A stretch of 51,610 nucleotides of DNA from a virus (IMGVR_UViG_3300008107_000554:1-51610), one strand, 5' to 3'; counted from the first letter of the stretch, positions 40,109-50,054 are shown. A program made the numbers and translations. Notes: generated by a model from the sequence alone, not told the origin.

Positions 40109-42136
40109 ATGGCAGGTCTGACAATTCTCCGCGTCGTTGGTAACGATGAGCTTGTGCGCCAAGAGCGCGAACAGGCAGAGCGTGAACTCGCAGCGCGGCA
40201 GAGCAGCCCCGTCATGGTGGGTCTGACAGCGCACCTCAAGGAGTGCTGGGACGCAGCGCGCATCTCGCGTGACCCCATCACCGACATCATGCTCAAGGCC
40301 ATGCGCCAGCGCAATGGTGAGTACGAGGCCGACAAGCTCCAGCGCATCCAAGAGCAGGGTGGCTCGGAAGTCTTCATGATGATTACCGAGGTCAAGTGCC
40401 GCGCTGCGGAGAGCTGGCTGCGGGACATCCTGCTCGACAACGGCACGCCACCGTGGGACATCGTGCCCACACCCATCCCAGACCTGTCGCCCAAAGAGGC
40501 GGAGGAGCTGCAGATGGCCTTCGCCGAGCGCGTGATGGAGATCGTCCAGTCGTCAGGGCAGGCTCCGAGCAAGAGCCAGATCGGCGAGCTTAAGGAGATG
40601 GTCGGGCAGGAGTTCCGGTTCAAAATCCTGCAGGCGGCGCAGAATCGCGTCGACAAGATGCGGATCAAGATCGAGGACCAGTTCGCTCAGGGCGGCTGGT
40701 CGGACTCGTTTAACGAGTTCATTACCGACCTCGTGACTTTCCCGGCAGCCTTCATCAAGGGGCCGATCGTTCGGCGCCAGCGGTACCTCAAGTGGGAGGG
40801 CAGCAAGCTCGTCCCCGGCGAGCGCATTGCGCCTGAGTATGAGCGGGTCAGCCCGTTCAACATCTACCCCGAGCCGGGCATCACCCGGATCAACGATGGC
40901 TACATCTTCGAGTACCACGAACTGACCCGCACCCAGCTGGCCGATCTCATCGGTGTGCCGGGCTACGACGACGCTGCCGTCCGCAAGGTGCTCGAAGTGG
41001 GCAACACCCAGTCATGGGTGCAGGAGTGGCAGAAGGACTCACGCGAGGAGGAGGAGCGCAAGTTCCACACCGAGCTGCGCCCGACCGAGGTCTACGACAC
41101 GCTGGAGTTCTGGGGCAAGATCAGCGGCCGGATGCTGCGCGAGTGGGGCATGACCGAGGAGGAAGTGCCTGACGTCGACCGCGAGTACGACGCCAACGTC
41201 TGGACCGTGGGGAACTATATCATCAAGGCGGTGCTCAACTACGACCCGCTCGGCGAGAAGCCCTACGCCAAGACCAGCTTCATTAAGCAGCCCGGCGCCT
41301 TCTGGGGCAAGGCCATTCCCGAGATCATCGAGGACATCCAGAACGTCTGCAACGCAGCAGCCCGGGCTCTGGTCAACAACATGGCGATCGCCTCCGGGCC
41401 GCAGGTCGAGGTTAACCTCGAACGTCTGCCTCCCAACGAGGACATCACCCAGCTGCAGCCGTGGAAAATCTGGCAGGTTATGAACGACCCGCTGGGTTCG
41501 TCGGCTCCGGCAGTGCGGTTCAACCAGCCCAACGACAACGCCAACACGCTGGTGGGGGTCTACGACCGCTTCTCACGCATGGCGGACGACCACAGCGGCA
41601 TCCCGGCCTATATCTACGGCGACACCAACGTGCAGGGGGCAGGACGCACCGCGTCGGGCCTCTCCATGCTGATGGGCTCCGCGGGCAAGGGCATCCGGCA
41701 GGTGGTGATGCACATCGACAGCGACGTGCTCAAGACCATCGTGCAGCGCCAGTTCGTCTACAACATGCGCTACGATCCGGATGAGTCGATCAAGGGCGAT
41801 GCACAGGTCGTTGCCAAGGGCGCGGTTAACCTCGCTGTCAAGGAGACGGTCAACGTCCGCCGCGTGGAGTTCCTCAACGCCACGGCCAACGAGTTCGACA
41901 TCAGCATCATCGGGCCGCAGGGTCGCGCCGCGCTGCTGCGTGAGGTCGCTAAGGGGCTGCAGATGTCGGTCGACGACATCGTCCCGTCGCGTGAGAAGCT
42001 GGCGATGAACGAGCGGCTCGCTGCTGCGTCGCAGCAGATGCCGGCACCCGGGGGCGGGCAGCCCGCGGCACAGAACACGGACCTCGCCGGTGCGCCGGCC
42101 GGTGGTACCAATCTCATAAACGGGGGGCCGCAGTGA
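40109..42136 (+). CDS. Portal protein
   Basis: 675 aa between terL and scaffold; ERVSPFNIYP, IQNVCNAAARALVNN and GRTASGLSMLM. Confidence 0.85.
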   Translation: MAGLTILRVVGNDELVRQEREQAERELAARQSSPVMVGLTAHLKECWDAARISRDPITDIMLKAMRQRNGEYEADKLQRIQEQGGSEVFMMITEVKCRAAESWLRDILLDNGTPPWDIVPTPIPDLSPKEAEELQMAFAERVMEIVQSSGQAPSKSQIGELKEMVGQEFRFKILQAAQNRVDKMRIKIEDQFAQGGWSDSFNEFITDLVTFPAAFIKGPIVRRQRYLKWEGSKLVPGERIAPEYERVSPFNIYPEPGITRINDGYIFEYHELTRTQLADLIGVPGYDDAAVRKVLEVGNTQSWVQEWQKDSREEEERKFHTELRPTEVYDTLEFWGKISGRMLREWGMTEEEVPDVDREYDANVWTVGNYIIKAVLNYDPLGEKPYAKTSFIKQPGAFWGKAIPEIIEDIQNVCNAAARALVNNMAIASGPQVEVNLERLPPNEDITQLQPWKIWQVMNDPLGSSAPAVRFNQPNDNANTLVGVYDRFSRMADDHSGIPAYIYGDTNVQGAGRTASGLSMLMGSAGKGIRQVVMHIDSDVLKTIVQRQFVYNMRYDPDESIKGDAQVVAKGAVNLAVKETVNVRRVEFLNATANEFDISIIGPQGRAALLREVAKGLQMSVDDIVPSREKLAMNERLAAASQQMPAPGGGQPAAQNTDLAGAPAGGTNLINGGPQ

Positions 42137-42243
42137 AGCAGGCCACCCCCGAAGTAATCCTCGCGCTGGCGGTTTTAGGCGAGCTTTACAAGCTCGTCAG
42201 TGAGTCCCCTGACTTAGCAGCACAGCCCCGTAGGGGCAGCTGA
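42133..42243 (+). CDS. Small post-portal protein, apparently internally deleted (36 aa)
   Basis: Translated by hand: MKQATPEVILALAVLGELYKLVSESPDLAAQPRRGS. GTG overlaps the portal stop. Confidence 0.5.
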   Translation: MKQATPEVILALAVLGELYKLVSESPDLAAQPRRGS

Positions 42244-42275
42244 TCCAATCACGCACACCGAGAGGAGCGTAAAAA

Positions 42276-43265
42276 ATGGCTATTCCCGCACAAATTCGCA
42301 AGCAGTCCGAGGCTATCTCGAAGCTGTACGAAGACTTGAACCCGACCGAAGGAGAACAATCTCCGGCGGAGGGTGAGGTCCAGCAGCCGACCGAAGCCGA
42401 CGGTGGGGGCGATGCTGCGGCTGCACCGGTGCCTACAGGGCAAGGGCAATCCGGTAACACAGACGAAGACCTGACCTACGAACAGCGTTGGCGATCCCTG
42501 CAAGGAATGTACAACGCTGAAACGGCTCGCCTCAAGGCGGAGAACAATCAGATGGGCCAACGCGTCAGTCAGCTCGAACGGCTGATCGCGACGCTTTCCG
42601 CGCCCCAGCAGGCACCTGCACAGGTGGCCGCGGCAAAGCTCATCACCGACAAGGACGTTGAGGATTACGGCGACTCGATCGAGGTCATGCGCCGTGCCGC
42701 CCGCGAAGAAGTTGCTGCATCGCAGCAGGAAGTCGCGGAACTCAAGCGCTTGGTCATGCAGTTGCAGACCAACGTCGTCCCCAAGGTGGAGAGCGTCGTG
42801 CAGCGACAGGCCCTCAACGCTGAGCAAATGTTCTGGTCAGAACTGTCGGCGGAAGTCCCAGACTGGCGTGAAATCAACGCCGAGCAAGGCTTCCACAGCT
42901 GGCTGCTTGAGATCGACCCGCTGTCCGGCGTATCCCGGCAGTCGTACCTCGATAACGCGCAGAATCAGCTGGATGCACGGCGGGTCGCAGGGTTCTTCAA
43001 GACGTGGCAGTCAATGAATGGCGGTTCTGTTGCTCAATCACCTCGGAACGTTGCCAGTTCTCAACTTGAAAAACAGATCGCACCGGGTCGCGGTCGTACA
43101 GCGGCGAGCACTCCTGCCGCCAATGACGGCAAGACCTACGCCCGGGCGGACGTCGCCAAGTTCTTTGACGACGTGCGCAAAGGTCTGTATAAGGGTCGTG
43201 AGCAGGAGCGTGACCGGATCGAACGCGACATCTTCGCTGCACAGCGAGATGGCCGCATTACATAA
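42276..43265 (+). CDS. Capsid scaffolding protein
   Basis: Acidic low-complexity N-terminus, coiled coil (WRSLQGMYN), VPDWREIN and C-terminal AQRDGRI; directly before the capsid gene. Confidence 0.75.
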   Translation: MAIPAQIRKQSEAISKLYEDLNPTEGEQSPAEGEVQQPTEADGGGDAAAAPVPTGQGQSGNTDEDLTYEQRWRSLQGMYNAETARLKAENNQMGQRVSQLERLIATLSAPQQAPAQVAAAKLITDKDVEDYGDSIEVMRRAAREEVAASQQEVAELKRLVMQLQTNVVPKVESVVQRQALNAEQMFWSELSAEVPDWREINAEQGFHSWLLEIDPLSGVSRQSYLDNAQNQLDARRVAGFFKTWQSMNGGSVAQSPRNVASSQLEKQIAPGRGRTAASTPAANDGKTYARADVAKFFDDVRKGLYKGREQERDRIERDIFAAQRDGRIT

Positions 43266-43289
43266 ACTGGCTAAGTGAAAGGACACCAC

Positions 43290-44216
43290 ATGGCCTATCC
43301 CGTTGCTCCCGGCCGCCCCAACTACTCGGGTAACTTCATCCCCGAGATTTGGTCCGGCAAACTGATCGAGAACTTCTACGACGCCACCGTGCTGTCGGCG
43401 ATCTCGAACACCGACTACGAAGGCGAAATCCGCCGCATGGGCGATACGGTTAACATCCGTACCCAGCCCAACATCACCATCCGCGAGTACGTCAAGGGTC
43501 AAAACCTCGTCGTCGAAAACCCGGACTCGCCCAAGCTGCAGCTCCTGATCGACAAAGGCGAGTACTTCTCCTGCGTCGAAGACGACATTGACCGCGTTCA
43601 GTCGGACATCAAACTGATGGACATGTGGTCGAAGGATGCTTCGGAGCAGATGAAGGTCAAGATCGACCAGCGCGTTCTGACCGACATGCTGCCGGACATC
43701 GACGCTGCCAACAAAGGCGCGACCGCTGGCGCACAGTCGGCTGCGTTCAACCTCGGCACCACCGGTTCGCCGCTGACCGTGACCAAGGATGGCGCTTCGA
43801 GCACCACCCCGGTCATCGACCTGATCGTTGACATGGGCACCGTGCTCGACGAGGCCAACGTGCCGGAGTCGGACCGCTTCCTCGTGATCCCGGCCCGCAT
43901 GGCTGGTCTCATCAAGAAGTCGGAACTCAAGGACGCTTCGCTCTCGGGCGACAGCGCGAGCCCGATCCGTAACGGCCGTCTCGGCATGATCGACCGCTTC
44001 ACGCTCTACGTGTCGCACAACCTGAACGTCTCGTCCGGCAAGACCTCGATCATCGCCGGTCACAAGATGGGCTTCACCTTCGCGTCGCAGATGACTGAGA
44101 TGGAAACTATCCGCGCTCAGTCCACCTTCGGCAACATCGTGCGCGGCCTGCAGGTGTACGGCTACAAGGTCACTAAGGGCGAGGCGCTGGCACAAGCCGT
44201 CGTCCAGTTCGCATAA
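43290..44216 (+). CDS. Major capsid protein (P22 coat-like, HK97 fold)
   Basis: FIPEIWSGKL, NTDYEGEI..GDTVNI, GRLGMIDRFTLYVS and FGNIVRGLQVYG; AAGGA RBS. Confidence 0.9.
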   Translation: MAYPVAPGRPNYSGNFIPEIWSGKLIENFYDATVLSAISNTDYEGEIRRMGDTVNIRTQPNITIREYVKGQNLVVENPDSPKLQLLIDKGEYFSCVEDDIDRVQSDIKLMDMWSKDASEQMKVKIDQRVLTDMLPDIDAANKGATAGAQSAAFNLGTTGSPLTVTKDGASSTTPVIDLIVDMGTVLDEANVPESDRFLVIPARMAGLIKKSELKDASLSGDSASPIRNGRLGMIDRFTLYVSHNLNVSSGKTSIIAGHKMGFTFASQMTEMETIRAQSTFGNIVRGLQVYGYKVTKGEALAQAVVQFA

Positions 44217-44228
44217 GGAGAACAGATC

Positions 44229-44705
44229 ATGGTTGCCTACACTGACTCCCTTGGGTTCTACAAGAACTCGGCTGGTTTCTCGGCCAACTACACCGACCGC
44301 GTCAGCGTGATCGAGATCGACCTCGACTTCGCAAAAATCGCGGCAGCCCGCACCGCCGCCAGCGCAGCCGCGCTGGGCTCCGGCGACACGCTGGTCATCG
44401 GCACCCTGCCCAAAGGCTCGTTCGTTCTGTCCGGCGTTGCTACGCTGGTCCGTGCGGAAGGCGCTGCGGCCAACATCGACGTCGGCATCAGCGGCGGCAC
44501 TGTCGACTTCTGGGTCGACGGTTTCGACCTGAACGGCACGGTTGGTTCCACCGGTGGCTACGCTGATGCAACGGCCTACTATGTAACCGCTGACACCGGC
44601 ATCCTGTTGACCCTCAACTCTGCCAGCGTTGACGCAGCTCGCGTCAAAATCTCGCTGGCAGTGGTCAACATGGGCGCCGAACTCGGCACCATTCCGTCGG
44701 CCTAA
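44229..44705 (+). CDS. Capsid decoration/cement-like protein
   Basis: Follows the MCP gene with TAAGGAG RBS; beta-rich (GDTLVIGTLPKGSFV). Confidence 0.6.
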   Translation: MVAYTDSLGFYKNSAGFSANYTDRVSVIEIDLDFAKIAAARTAASAAALGSGDTLVIGTLPKGSFVLSGVATLVRAEGAAANIDVGISGGTVDFWVDGFDLNGTVGSTGGYADATAYYVTADTGILLTLNSASVDAARVKISLAVVNMGAELGTIPSA

Positions 44706-44706
44706 T

Positions 44707-44728
44707 GGTGGGGGCTTCGGCCCCCATC
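44707..44728 (+). terminator. UUCG hairpin after the capsid genes
   Basis: ggtgggggc-ttcg-gcccccatc, with a weak U-tail. Confidence 0.55.
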
Positions 44729-44750
44729 TCCCAACAAAAGGAGACTGAAA

Positions 44751-45227
44751 ATGGGTGTCTATAGCGGTATCTCGCAGGACAACGTCCGGATCAACAGCGG
44801 CAATGCAACCCTGCAGACGCTGGCTGTCACCGGGTCGGTCGTTGCGGCCGGTGTGGTTATGAATGTGCGTCAGCGGTTTACGATCGCTGAGGTGAACGCC
44901 GGCGCGACGCTTGTCGCCGCCGTCGCTGGCAAGTCCATCCGCATGGTGTCGTGCAAAGCTATCGCCGTTGGCGGTGCTGCTGGCGCCGTGACCACGGTGG
45001 ATGTGCTGGGAACTCTGAGCACTGGGCGCAAGCTCGTTGCCTTTGCGCAGGCTAACCTGACGCAGAGCGCTGTGCTCACCGATGGCGGCACTGGTGCGGC
45101 TGTCCTCGCAGATGGTGCGTCCTACACCGCAAACGACGCGGGTACGGCCGTCACTGTCGGCAAGACCGGCAGCAGCGTGACGACTGCAACGCACATCGAC
45201 GTGATCTTTGATTACGTCCTTGTCTAA
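44751..45227 (+). CDS. Virion structural protein (decoration-like)
   Basis: Ala/Val/Thr-rich beta protein; AAGGAG RBS. Confidence 0.6.
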   Translation: MGVYSGISQDNVRINSGNATLQTLAVTGSVVAAGVVMNVRQRFTIAEVNAGATLVAAVAGKSIRMVSCKAIAVGGAAGAVTTVDVLGTLSTGRKLVAFAQANLTQSAVLTDGGTGAAVLADGASYTANDAGTAVTVGKTGSSVTTATHIDVIFDYVLV

Positions 45228-45232
45228 AATCT

Positions 45233-45259
45233 GCGAGGCCCTTCGGGGCCTCGCTTCTT
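45233..45259 (+). terminator. Rho-independent terminator
   Basis: gcgaggccc-ttcg-gggcctcgc-ttctt. Confidence 0.7.
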
Positions 45260-45272
45260 CAAGGAGCGCACC

Positions 45273-46235
45273 ATGGCCACCAACCTGACAGCAGAAAAAG
45301 TTAAAGACAGCTTCTCGCAACTGCTGCATATCGACGGCGGGCCTGAGGCTACGCCCAAGACGGTGTACAGCGGCACGGGCACGGCGACTGCGCTCAAGGT
45401 CGGCACAACCAACGTCGAGGTCGACAACATCCGGGTCGATGGCAACACCATCAGCACGACGGACACCAACGGTAACTTGACTCTGTCTCCGAACGGCACC
45501 GGCGCCGTCGTGATGGGCAACGTGAATATCACCGGTGGCACGATCACCGGAACGAGTTTTCCCGGCAGCTTCACGGGTATCACACTTATCGAGTCCACAA
45601 CGCTGGCCACCAGCGATGCGGAGACTGGTCTCACGATCACCGAGAACACGATCTCGGCAGACGGCACCGACACCAACATCGACATCAACATCACGCCCAA
45701 AGGTACGGGCGAGGTGAACGTCACGAACATCGACGTCCTGAGTGGCAAGGTGCCGTTCAGCACGATCACTGGCCGGGCCTTTGCCTGTTTCTCTGACATC
45801 ACAGACCAGACCGGCAGTGTGTCTGCAGGTACGGCGGTCAAGTTCGGGACCACTGAGGTCGCAGGTTCTGGCATCACGATGGTTACGGACGGTACCAACC
45901 TCACGCGCCTCACCTTCGCTGCGGCCGGTACGTACATGGTCGCTCCGAACCTGCAGCTTGCGAACTCCGATACGGCCGACCATGACACCACTGTTTGGCT
46001 GGCGTTGAATGGCACCAACATCGCTCGGTCGGCGACTAAGGTCACGGTGCCCAAGGCCACCGACGGCGGCAATACCTTCTTCCAGATCATTTTCTACGTC
46101 ACTGTGACAGCCGGGCAGTACGTCCAAGTCCTGTGGCTCCCCGAGAGCGTCGCAGTAACTATCGACCACACCGCTGCGGGGGCCATCGCTCCTGCCATCC
46201 CGTCGTCCATCATCGTAGCCGAGAGGATCGCGTAA
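45273..46235 (+). CDS. Head fibre/spike protein with C1q/BclA-like C-terminal domain
   Basis: Repeats NTISTTDTNGNLTLSPNGTG / NTISADGTDTNIDINITPKGTG; C-terminal AAGTYMV..AGQYVQV. Confidence 0.6.
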   Translation: MATNLTAEKVKDSFSQLLHIDGGPEATPKTVYSGTGTATALKVGTTNVEVDNIRVDGNTISTTDTNGNLTLSPNGTGAVVMGNVNITGGTITGTSFPGSFTGITLIESTTLATSDAETGLTITENTISADGTDTNIDINITPKGTGEVNVTNIDVLSGKVPFSTITGRAFACFSDITDQTGSVSAGTAVKFGTTEVAGSGITMVTDGTNLTRLTFAAAGTYMVAPNLQLANSDTADHDTTVWLALNGTNIARSATKVTVPKATDGGNTFFQIIFYVTVTAGQYVQVLWLPESVAVTIDHTAAGAIAPAIPSSIIVAERIA

Positions 46236-46489
46236 TGGCTAAGACACCCGCATGGCAACGCAAAGAGGGTAAGGCCGAGAGCGGCGGGCTCAACGCCAAA
46301 GGGCGTGCGTCTTACAACAAGGCGAACCCCGGCAAGCCGGGGCTCAAGGCACCGCAGCCTGAGGGTGGCCCGCGACGCGACAGCTTCTGTGCCCGGATGG
46401 AGGGCATGAAGAAGAAGCTGACGTCGAAGAAGACGGCCAACGACCCGAACAGCCGGATCAACAAATCTTTGCGCGCGTGGAACTGCTGA
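46235..46489 (+). CDS. DUF6321-like small basic protein
   Basis: PAWQRKEGK..GGLNAKGRASYN..SFCARM..DPNSRINKSLRAWNC. Confidence 0.8.
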   Translation: MAKTPAWQRKEGKAESGGLNAKGRASYNKANPGKPGLKAPQPEGGPRRDSFCARMEGMKKKLTSKKTANDPNSRINKSLRAWNC

Positions 46490-46490
46490 C

Positions 46491-46661
46491 ATGGCCAGCC
46501 CCAAGCCAACCAACCCATCGCTCTGGAGCAAGGTCAAGTCGGAGGCTAAGGCCAAGTTTGACGTGTACCCCTCTGCCTACGCCAACGCGTGGGCGTCCAA
46601 GGAGTACAAGAAGCGCGGTGGCGGCTGGAGCGGCCCCGACAACCGGGTGAAGAAAAAATGA
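46491..46661 (+). CDS. DUF5872-like small basic protein (not in ORF track)
   Basis: Translated by hand: MASPKPTNPSLWSKVKSEAKAKFDVYPSAYANAWASKEYKKRGGGW... Confidence 0.75.
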   Translation: MASPKPTNPSLWSKVKSEAKAKFDVYPSAYANAWASKEYKKRGGGWSGPDNRVKKK

Positions 46662-46888
46662 GCGGCGGGCTGGGCAAATGGTTTGGGGAGAAGTGGGTCG
46701 ACGTCAAGACCGGTAAGCCTTGCGGCCGCTCCGGGCCTGAGAAGTCCTCACGCTCTTACCCTGCTTGCCGCCCGGCCGCAGCTGCAGCCAAGATGACCGC
46801 CGGTGAGAAGCGCACCATGGCAGCCAAGAAGACCAGCTCTGAGCGCAAGTCGTGGCCGGTGACACCCTCGGGCAAAAGGAAAAAGTGA
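46658..46888 (+). CDS. Small basic protein (GLxKWFxEKWVD family)
   Basis: MSGGLGKWFGEKWVDVKTGKPCGR..YPACRP. Confidence 0.75.
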   Translation: MSGGLGKWFGEKWVDVKTGKPCGRSGPEKSSRSYPACRPAAAAAKMTAGEKRTMAAKKTSSERKSWPVTPSGKRKK

Positions 46889-46889
46889 T

Positions 46890-47030
46890 ATGCCGCTGAA
46901 CGCCAAGGGCAAGAAGATCAAGGCTGCCATGCAGAAGCAGTATGGGAAAGAGCAAGGTGAGCGGGTGTTCTACGCATCCGAGAACAAGGGCACCGTCAAG
47001 GGTGTCACCAAGAAGGGAAAGAAGAAATGA
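46890..47030 (+). CDS. Small basic protein, 46 aa (not in ORF track)
   Basis: Translated by hand: MPLNAKGKKIKAAMQKQYGKEQGERVFYASENKGTVKGVTKKGKKK. Confidence 0.7.
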   Translation: MPLNAKGKKIKAAMQKQYGKEQGERVFYASENKGTVKGVTKKGKKK

Positions 47031-47272
47031 GATACCTGCGGAACAAAGTCGACGGCTTCATCTACGAGTGGAACGAAACACTCGCTCGGCACCCGAAGTG
47101 CGAGGAGGTGACCGAGGAGGAAGCGTACCCGGAGCGCTTCGCCACGGCAGTGGTAGAGAAGGCCAAGCGGCGGGTGAAGAAACTCGATCTCGCCACGGAT
47201 GACATCCCTGAGCAACCCGTGTATACTTCGCCGGAACTGTCGGCCGACGCCTCAAGGGACTTGCCTGAATGA
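47027..47272 (+). CDS. Hypothetical protein
   Basis: Coupled ORF; DGFIYEWNETLA..EVTEEEAYPERF. Confidence 0.65.
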   Translation: MRYLRNKVDGFIYEWNETLARHPKCEEVTEEEAYPERFATAVVEKAKRRVKKLDLATDDIPEQPVYTSPELSADASRDLPE

Positions 47273-47910
47273 CACCAGCGGACATCATCGACGAAGCGCG
47301 GAAGTTGCTGCAGGACACGCGGGCCCCCCTGCGTTACAGCGACACCGATCTGCTGGGCTACGTGAACCAGACCGTCAAGCGCATGCTGAGCATGCGCCCT
47401 GATCTGTTCAACAAGATGACCACGGTCGCGCTGACGGCGAATGATGTCATGCAGGAACTCCCGGCTGACGCTCACCGACTGGTGGACATCTACTACGTCG
47501 TGGGGCGCAACTCCGTCACGGAGGTCGAGCGGCCGATGTTCCAGCGTGCGTATCCGCAGTGGGTCTCTGATCCGGCGGGCACGCCCCTCAACTTCATGCG
47601 CCATGAGCGCAACCCGACCAAGTTCTTCGTGTACCCCAAGCCGCTGCCCAACACGACGGTCATGCTGGAGTACGTCGCAGTGCCGGGGGACTACACCCTT
47701 AACGAGGCGATGGACGCCCCGTCCGATGGCTACCTGCCACAACTGGTGGATGGTGTGGTGTTCCTCGCCTCGTCGATCGACGACGAGAACGTCGACTCCG
47801 GCCGCGCTAAGCTGTTCATGGACTCGTTCAGCCAGTCACTCGGTGTTGACCTGCAGGCGCGCGTCGTCACCGACAAAGAAACGATGCCCATGCAAAGTAG
47901 AGGTGCCTGA
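47269..47910 (+). CDS. Head-tail adaptor-like protein (DUF6682-like)
   Basis: ARKLLQD..RYSDTDLLGYVNQ..RPD and FFVYPKP. Confidence 0.65.
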   Translation: MTPADIIDEARKLLQDTRAPLRYSDTDLLGYVNQTVKRMLSMRPDLFNKMTTVALTANDVMQELPADAHRLVDIYYVVGRNSVTEVERPMFQRAYPQWVSDPAGTPLNFMRHERNPTKFFVYPKPLPNTTVMLEYVAVPGDYTLNEAMDAPSDGYLPQLVDGVVFLASSIDDENVDSGRAKLFMDSFSQSLGVDLQARVVTDKETMPMQSRGA

Positions 47911-48581
47911 TGGAAACGCGTGCCTTCTCCACGCTCAGCGCCAAAGTCTCGGCCAGCGCCCCTTCTTGCGCCTATCCGATGCTCGTGGACTATATCCGCG
48001 ACTCGGCCATCCGGGTCTGCGAGCGCACCTTGGCGTGGCGACACACTGCCACACCTATCGCTCTAACGCCCGGGCGAGCCGAGTATGATTTTGCGCCACC
48101 GCCCGATACGACGGTGCAGGCTGTGGTGCGGGCTGACATCAACGGAACCCCCGTACAGGTCTTGTCCTACGACGCCGCGGCCGCGATGATTACGGAGTGG
48201 CCGGCCACCACCACAGTGGCAGCGGAGATCGCCGAGCTTGGCTCTGAGCCACGCATGATCGCACAAGTGGGCGCCAACCGGTACCGTGTCTTCCCGATGC
48301 CCGACGCAGAGCGGACCTACACGCTGTCAATGACGTTCGCACTCAAGCCGACTCGCAGCTCGGCCGACATGGATCAAGATGTCTTCGACGAGTTCGAGGA
48401 TGCCATCCTGCACGGCACACTGCAGCATCTGCTGGTGCTGCCGAACGTGGACTGGACCGATCGGGAACTTGCTGCCTACCACGCAAAGCAGTTTCTGTTC
48501 GCGGTCACGTCGGCACGGGCCAAGACCAACCTCGGTGCGTTCCGCTCTGCGCTTGTCGTCCGCGGCCCCAAGTTCGCGTAG
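47910..48581 (+). CDS. Head-tail adaptor / tail tubular A-like protein
   Basis: SAIRVCERTLAW, VFPMPD, LKPTR and AILHGTL. Confidence 0.6.
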   Translation: METRAFSTLSAKVSASAPSCAYPMLVDYIRDSAIRVCERTLAWRHTATPIALTPGRAEYDFAPPPDTTVQAVVRADINGTPVQVLSYDAAAAMITEWPATTTVAAEIAELGSEPRMIAQVGANRYRVFPMPDAERTYTLSMTFALKPTRSSADMDQDVFDEFEDAILHGTLQHLLVLPNVDWTDRELAAYHAKQFLFAVTSARAKTNLGAFRSALVVRGPKFA

Positions 48582-48590
48582 GAGGAAACA

Positions 48591-48938
48591 TTGGACCCAC
48601 GCATCTCTGATACTCGGATCAAGTTGGTCCGTAACGACACCGGCCCGCAGGTCAGCCTCACGCTGACAGACGAATCCACGGGTGCCGCGATCAACTTGTC
48701 CGGCGCCACAGCAACGCTGCACTTCCGCGAGGTCGGGGGTGACACGCTGTTCTCTCGTGCGCTGACGATCCCGTCGGCAACGGCGACGCAAGGCGTGGCC
48801 GTCATCGTGTGGCAGGCAGGCGACCTCAATCACCCTGCGGGGTACTACGAGGGCGAGGTTGAGGTCCTGTTGCAGACCGGCGTGCGCCAGACTGTGTACG
48901 ACCCGCTGCAGTTCCGGATCAGGGACGACTTCGAGTGA
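48591..48938 (+). CDS. BppU-like Ig-fold virion protein
   Basis: NDTGP..INLSGAT..G.YEGEVEV; TTG start with AGGAGG RBS. Confidence 0.65.
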   Translation: MDPRISDTRIKLVRNDTGPQVSLTLTDESTGAAINLSGATATLHFREVGGDTLFSRALTIPSATATQGVAVIVWQAGDLNHPAGYYEGEVEVLLQTGVRQTVYDPLQFRIRDDFE

Positions 48939-49573
48939 AGATAAACGAGACCATACCGCGCATCCGCGCGGCGATCTCAGCGGTACAGGTTCGAGCTGCG
49001 GCCGCGGTACCCGTCATGTCTGCTGCGGTGCAGGTCCCGTACATCGTCTACAACTATGTGCTTGGCGTCTTTGTTAAATTTTTGACGCGCGCCGACGTGG
49101 TCAGGCTGTTTTCAGACACTGACATGTCGCTGTCGAAGCCGTTTGCTGACCAGTACACAGTGGCGGACTTTCCAGATGTGGTGCCCAACAAGCGGCTCCC
49201 GGATGGCGTAGAGGCGGCTGACGCGCTATCACCGTTTCAGATCGGCAAGGGGCTGTTTGAGAACCCCAAGATTGAGGAAGGCGCGTACTTCGCAGAGGAC
49301 TACACCGATGTGGGGTACACGATTGTATCGTTCCAGCTGTCGTTCACCAAGGCGCAAGCGGAGACCGTCACTGCTACCGACGCGGGCGTCGTGCTGGGCA
49401 CGACACTCGGTCCCACAGACACCGCCACCATGGCTGACACTGTTGTATTCGCCGCAAATCTTGGTATTGTGGACGCAGCGTCTATCGCGGATAGCGGCTC
49501 TATTCGGATGCAAGACTACTGCGATTTTACATACTTCGCAGAGGACTACGTCGGTGAAGCCCGAACCTTCTAA
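48935..49573 (+). CDS. Tail-associated protein
   Basis: YFAEDY repeated twice; located in the tail cluster. Confidence 0.55.
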   Translation: MKINETIPRIRAAISAVQVRAAAAVPVMSAAVQVPYIVYNYVLGVFVKFLTRADVVRLFSDTDMSLSKPFADQYTVADFPDVVPNKRLPDGVEAADALSPFQIGKGLFENPKIEEGAYFAEDYTDVGYTIVSFQLSFTKAQAETVTATDAGVVLGTTLGPTDTATMADTVVFAANLGIVDAASIADSGSIRMQDYCDFTYFAEDYVGEARTF

Positions 49574-49584
49574 GGAGATACTAG

Positions 49585-50046
49585 ATGAACTCGAAAGAAA
49601 GACTCGGCCTCTCCGGACGCCTGACCATCGTCCTCACCGGACCGGACGGCGCGGTCAAGGACCAGCGCGAGATCAAGAACTTGGTCGTGGCCACCGGACT
49701 GGCATATATCACGACCCGCATGCTGGGCACGGGACTCGGCGTTATGAGCCACATGGGGCTCGGCGCCGGTACGACCGCGGCGTCTTCGGGCGACACTAAC
49801 CTAGGCTCACTGCTCGGGTCGCGCAAGGCGCTAGGTAGCGCCACGCAGAGTGGCGGTAGTAACGAGAGCATCATCTACGTTACGACGTTCAACCCCGGTG
49901 AGGCCACCGGTGCGGTCACGGAGGCCGGCATCTTCAACGCATCTTCAAGCGGAACGATGCTCTGCCGCACTGTGTTCCCGGTCGTCAACAAGCAGTCGGG
50001 CGACACCCTGCAGATCACGTGGACCGTGACCCTGTCGGCAGCATGA
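49585..50046 (+). CDS. Tail fibre-associated structural protein
   Basis: KNLVVATG..MSHMGLG..AVTEAGIFNA..GTMLCRTVF..DTLQITW. Confidence 0.65.
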   Translation: MNSKERLGLSGRLTIVLTGPDGAVKDQREIKNLVVATGLAYITTRMLGTGLGVMSHMGLGAGTTAASSGDTNLGSLLGSRKALGSATQSGGSNESIIYVTTFNPGEATGAVTEAGIFNASSSGTMLCRTVFPVVNKQSGDTLQITWTVTLSAA

Positions 50047-50054
50047 GGTGAACC

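Noticed and set aside
43038-46169. 1043-aa minus-strand ORF
   Set aside because: It is the antisense shadow of the capsid and decoration genes, caused by GC-rich codon bias, with no motifs.
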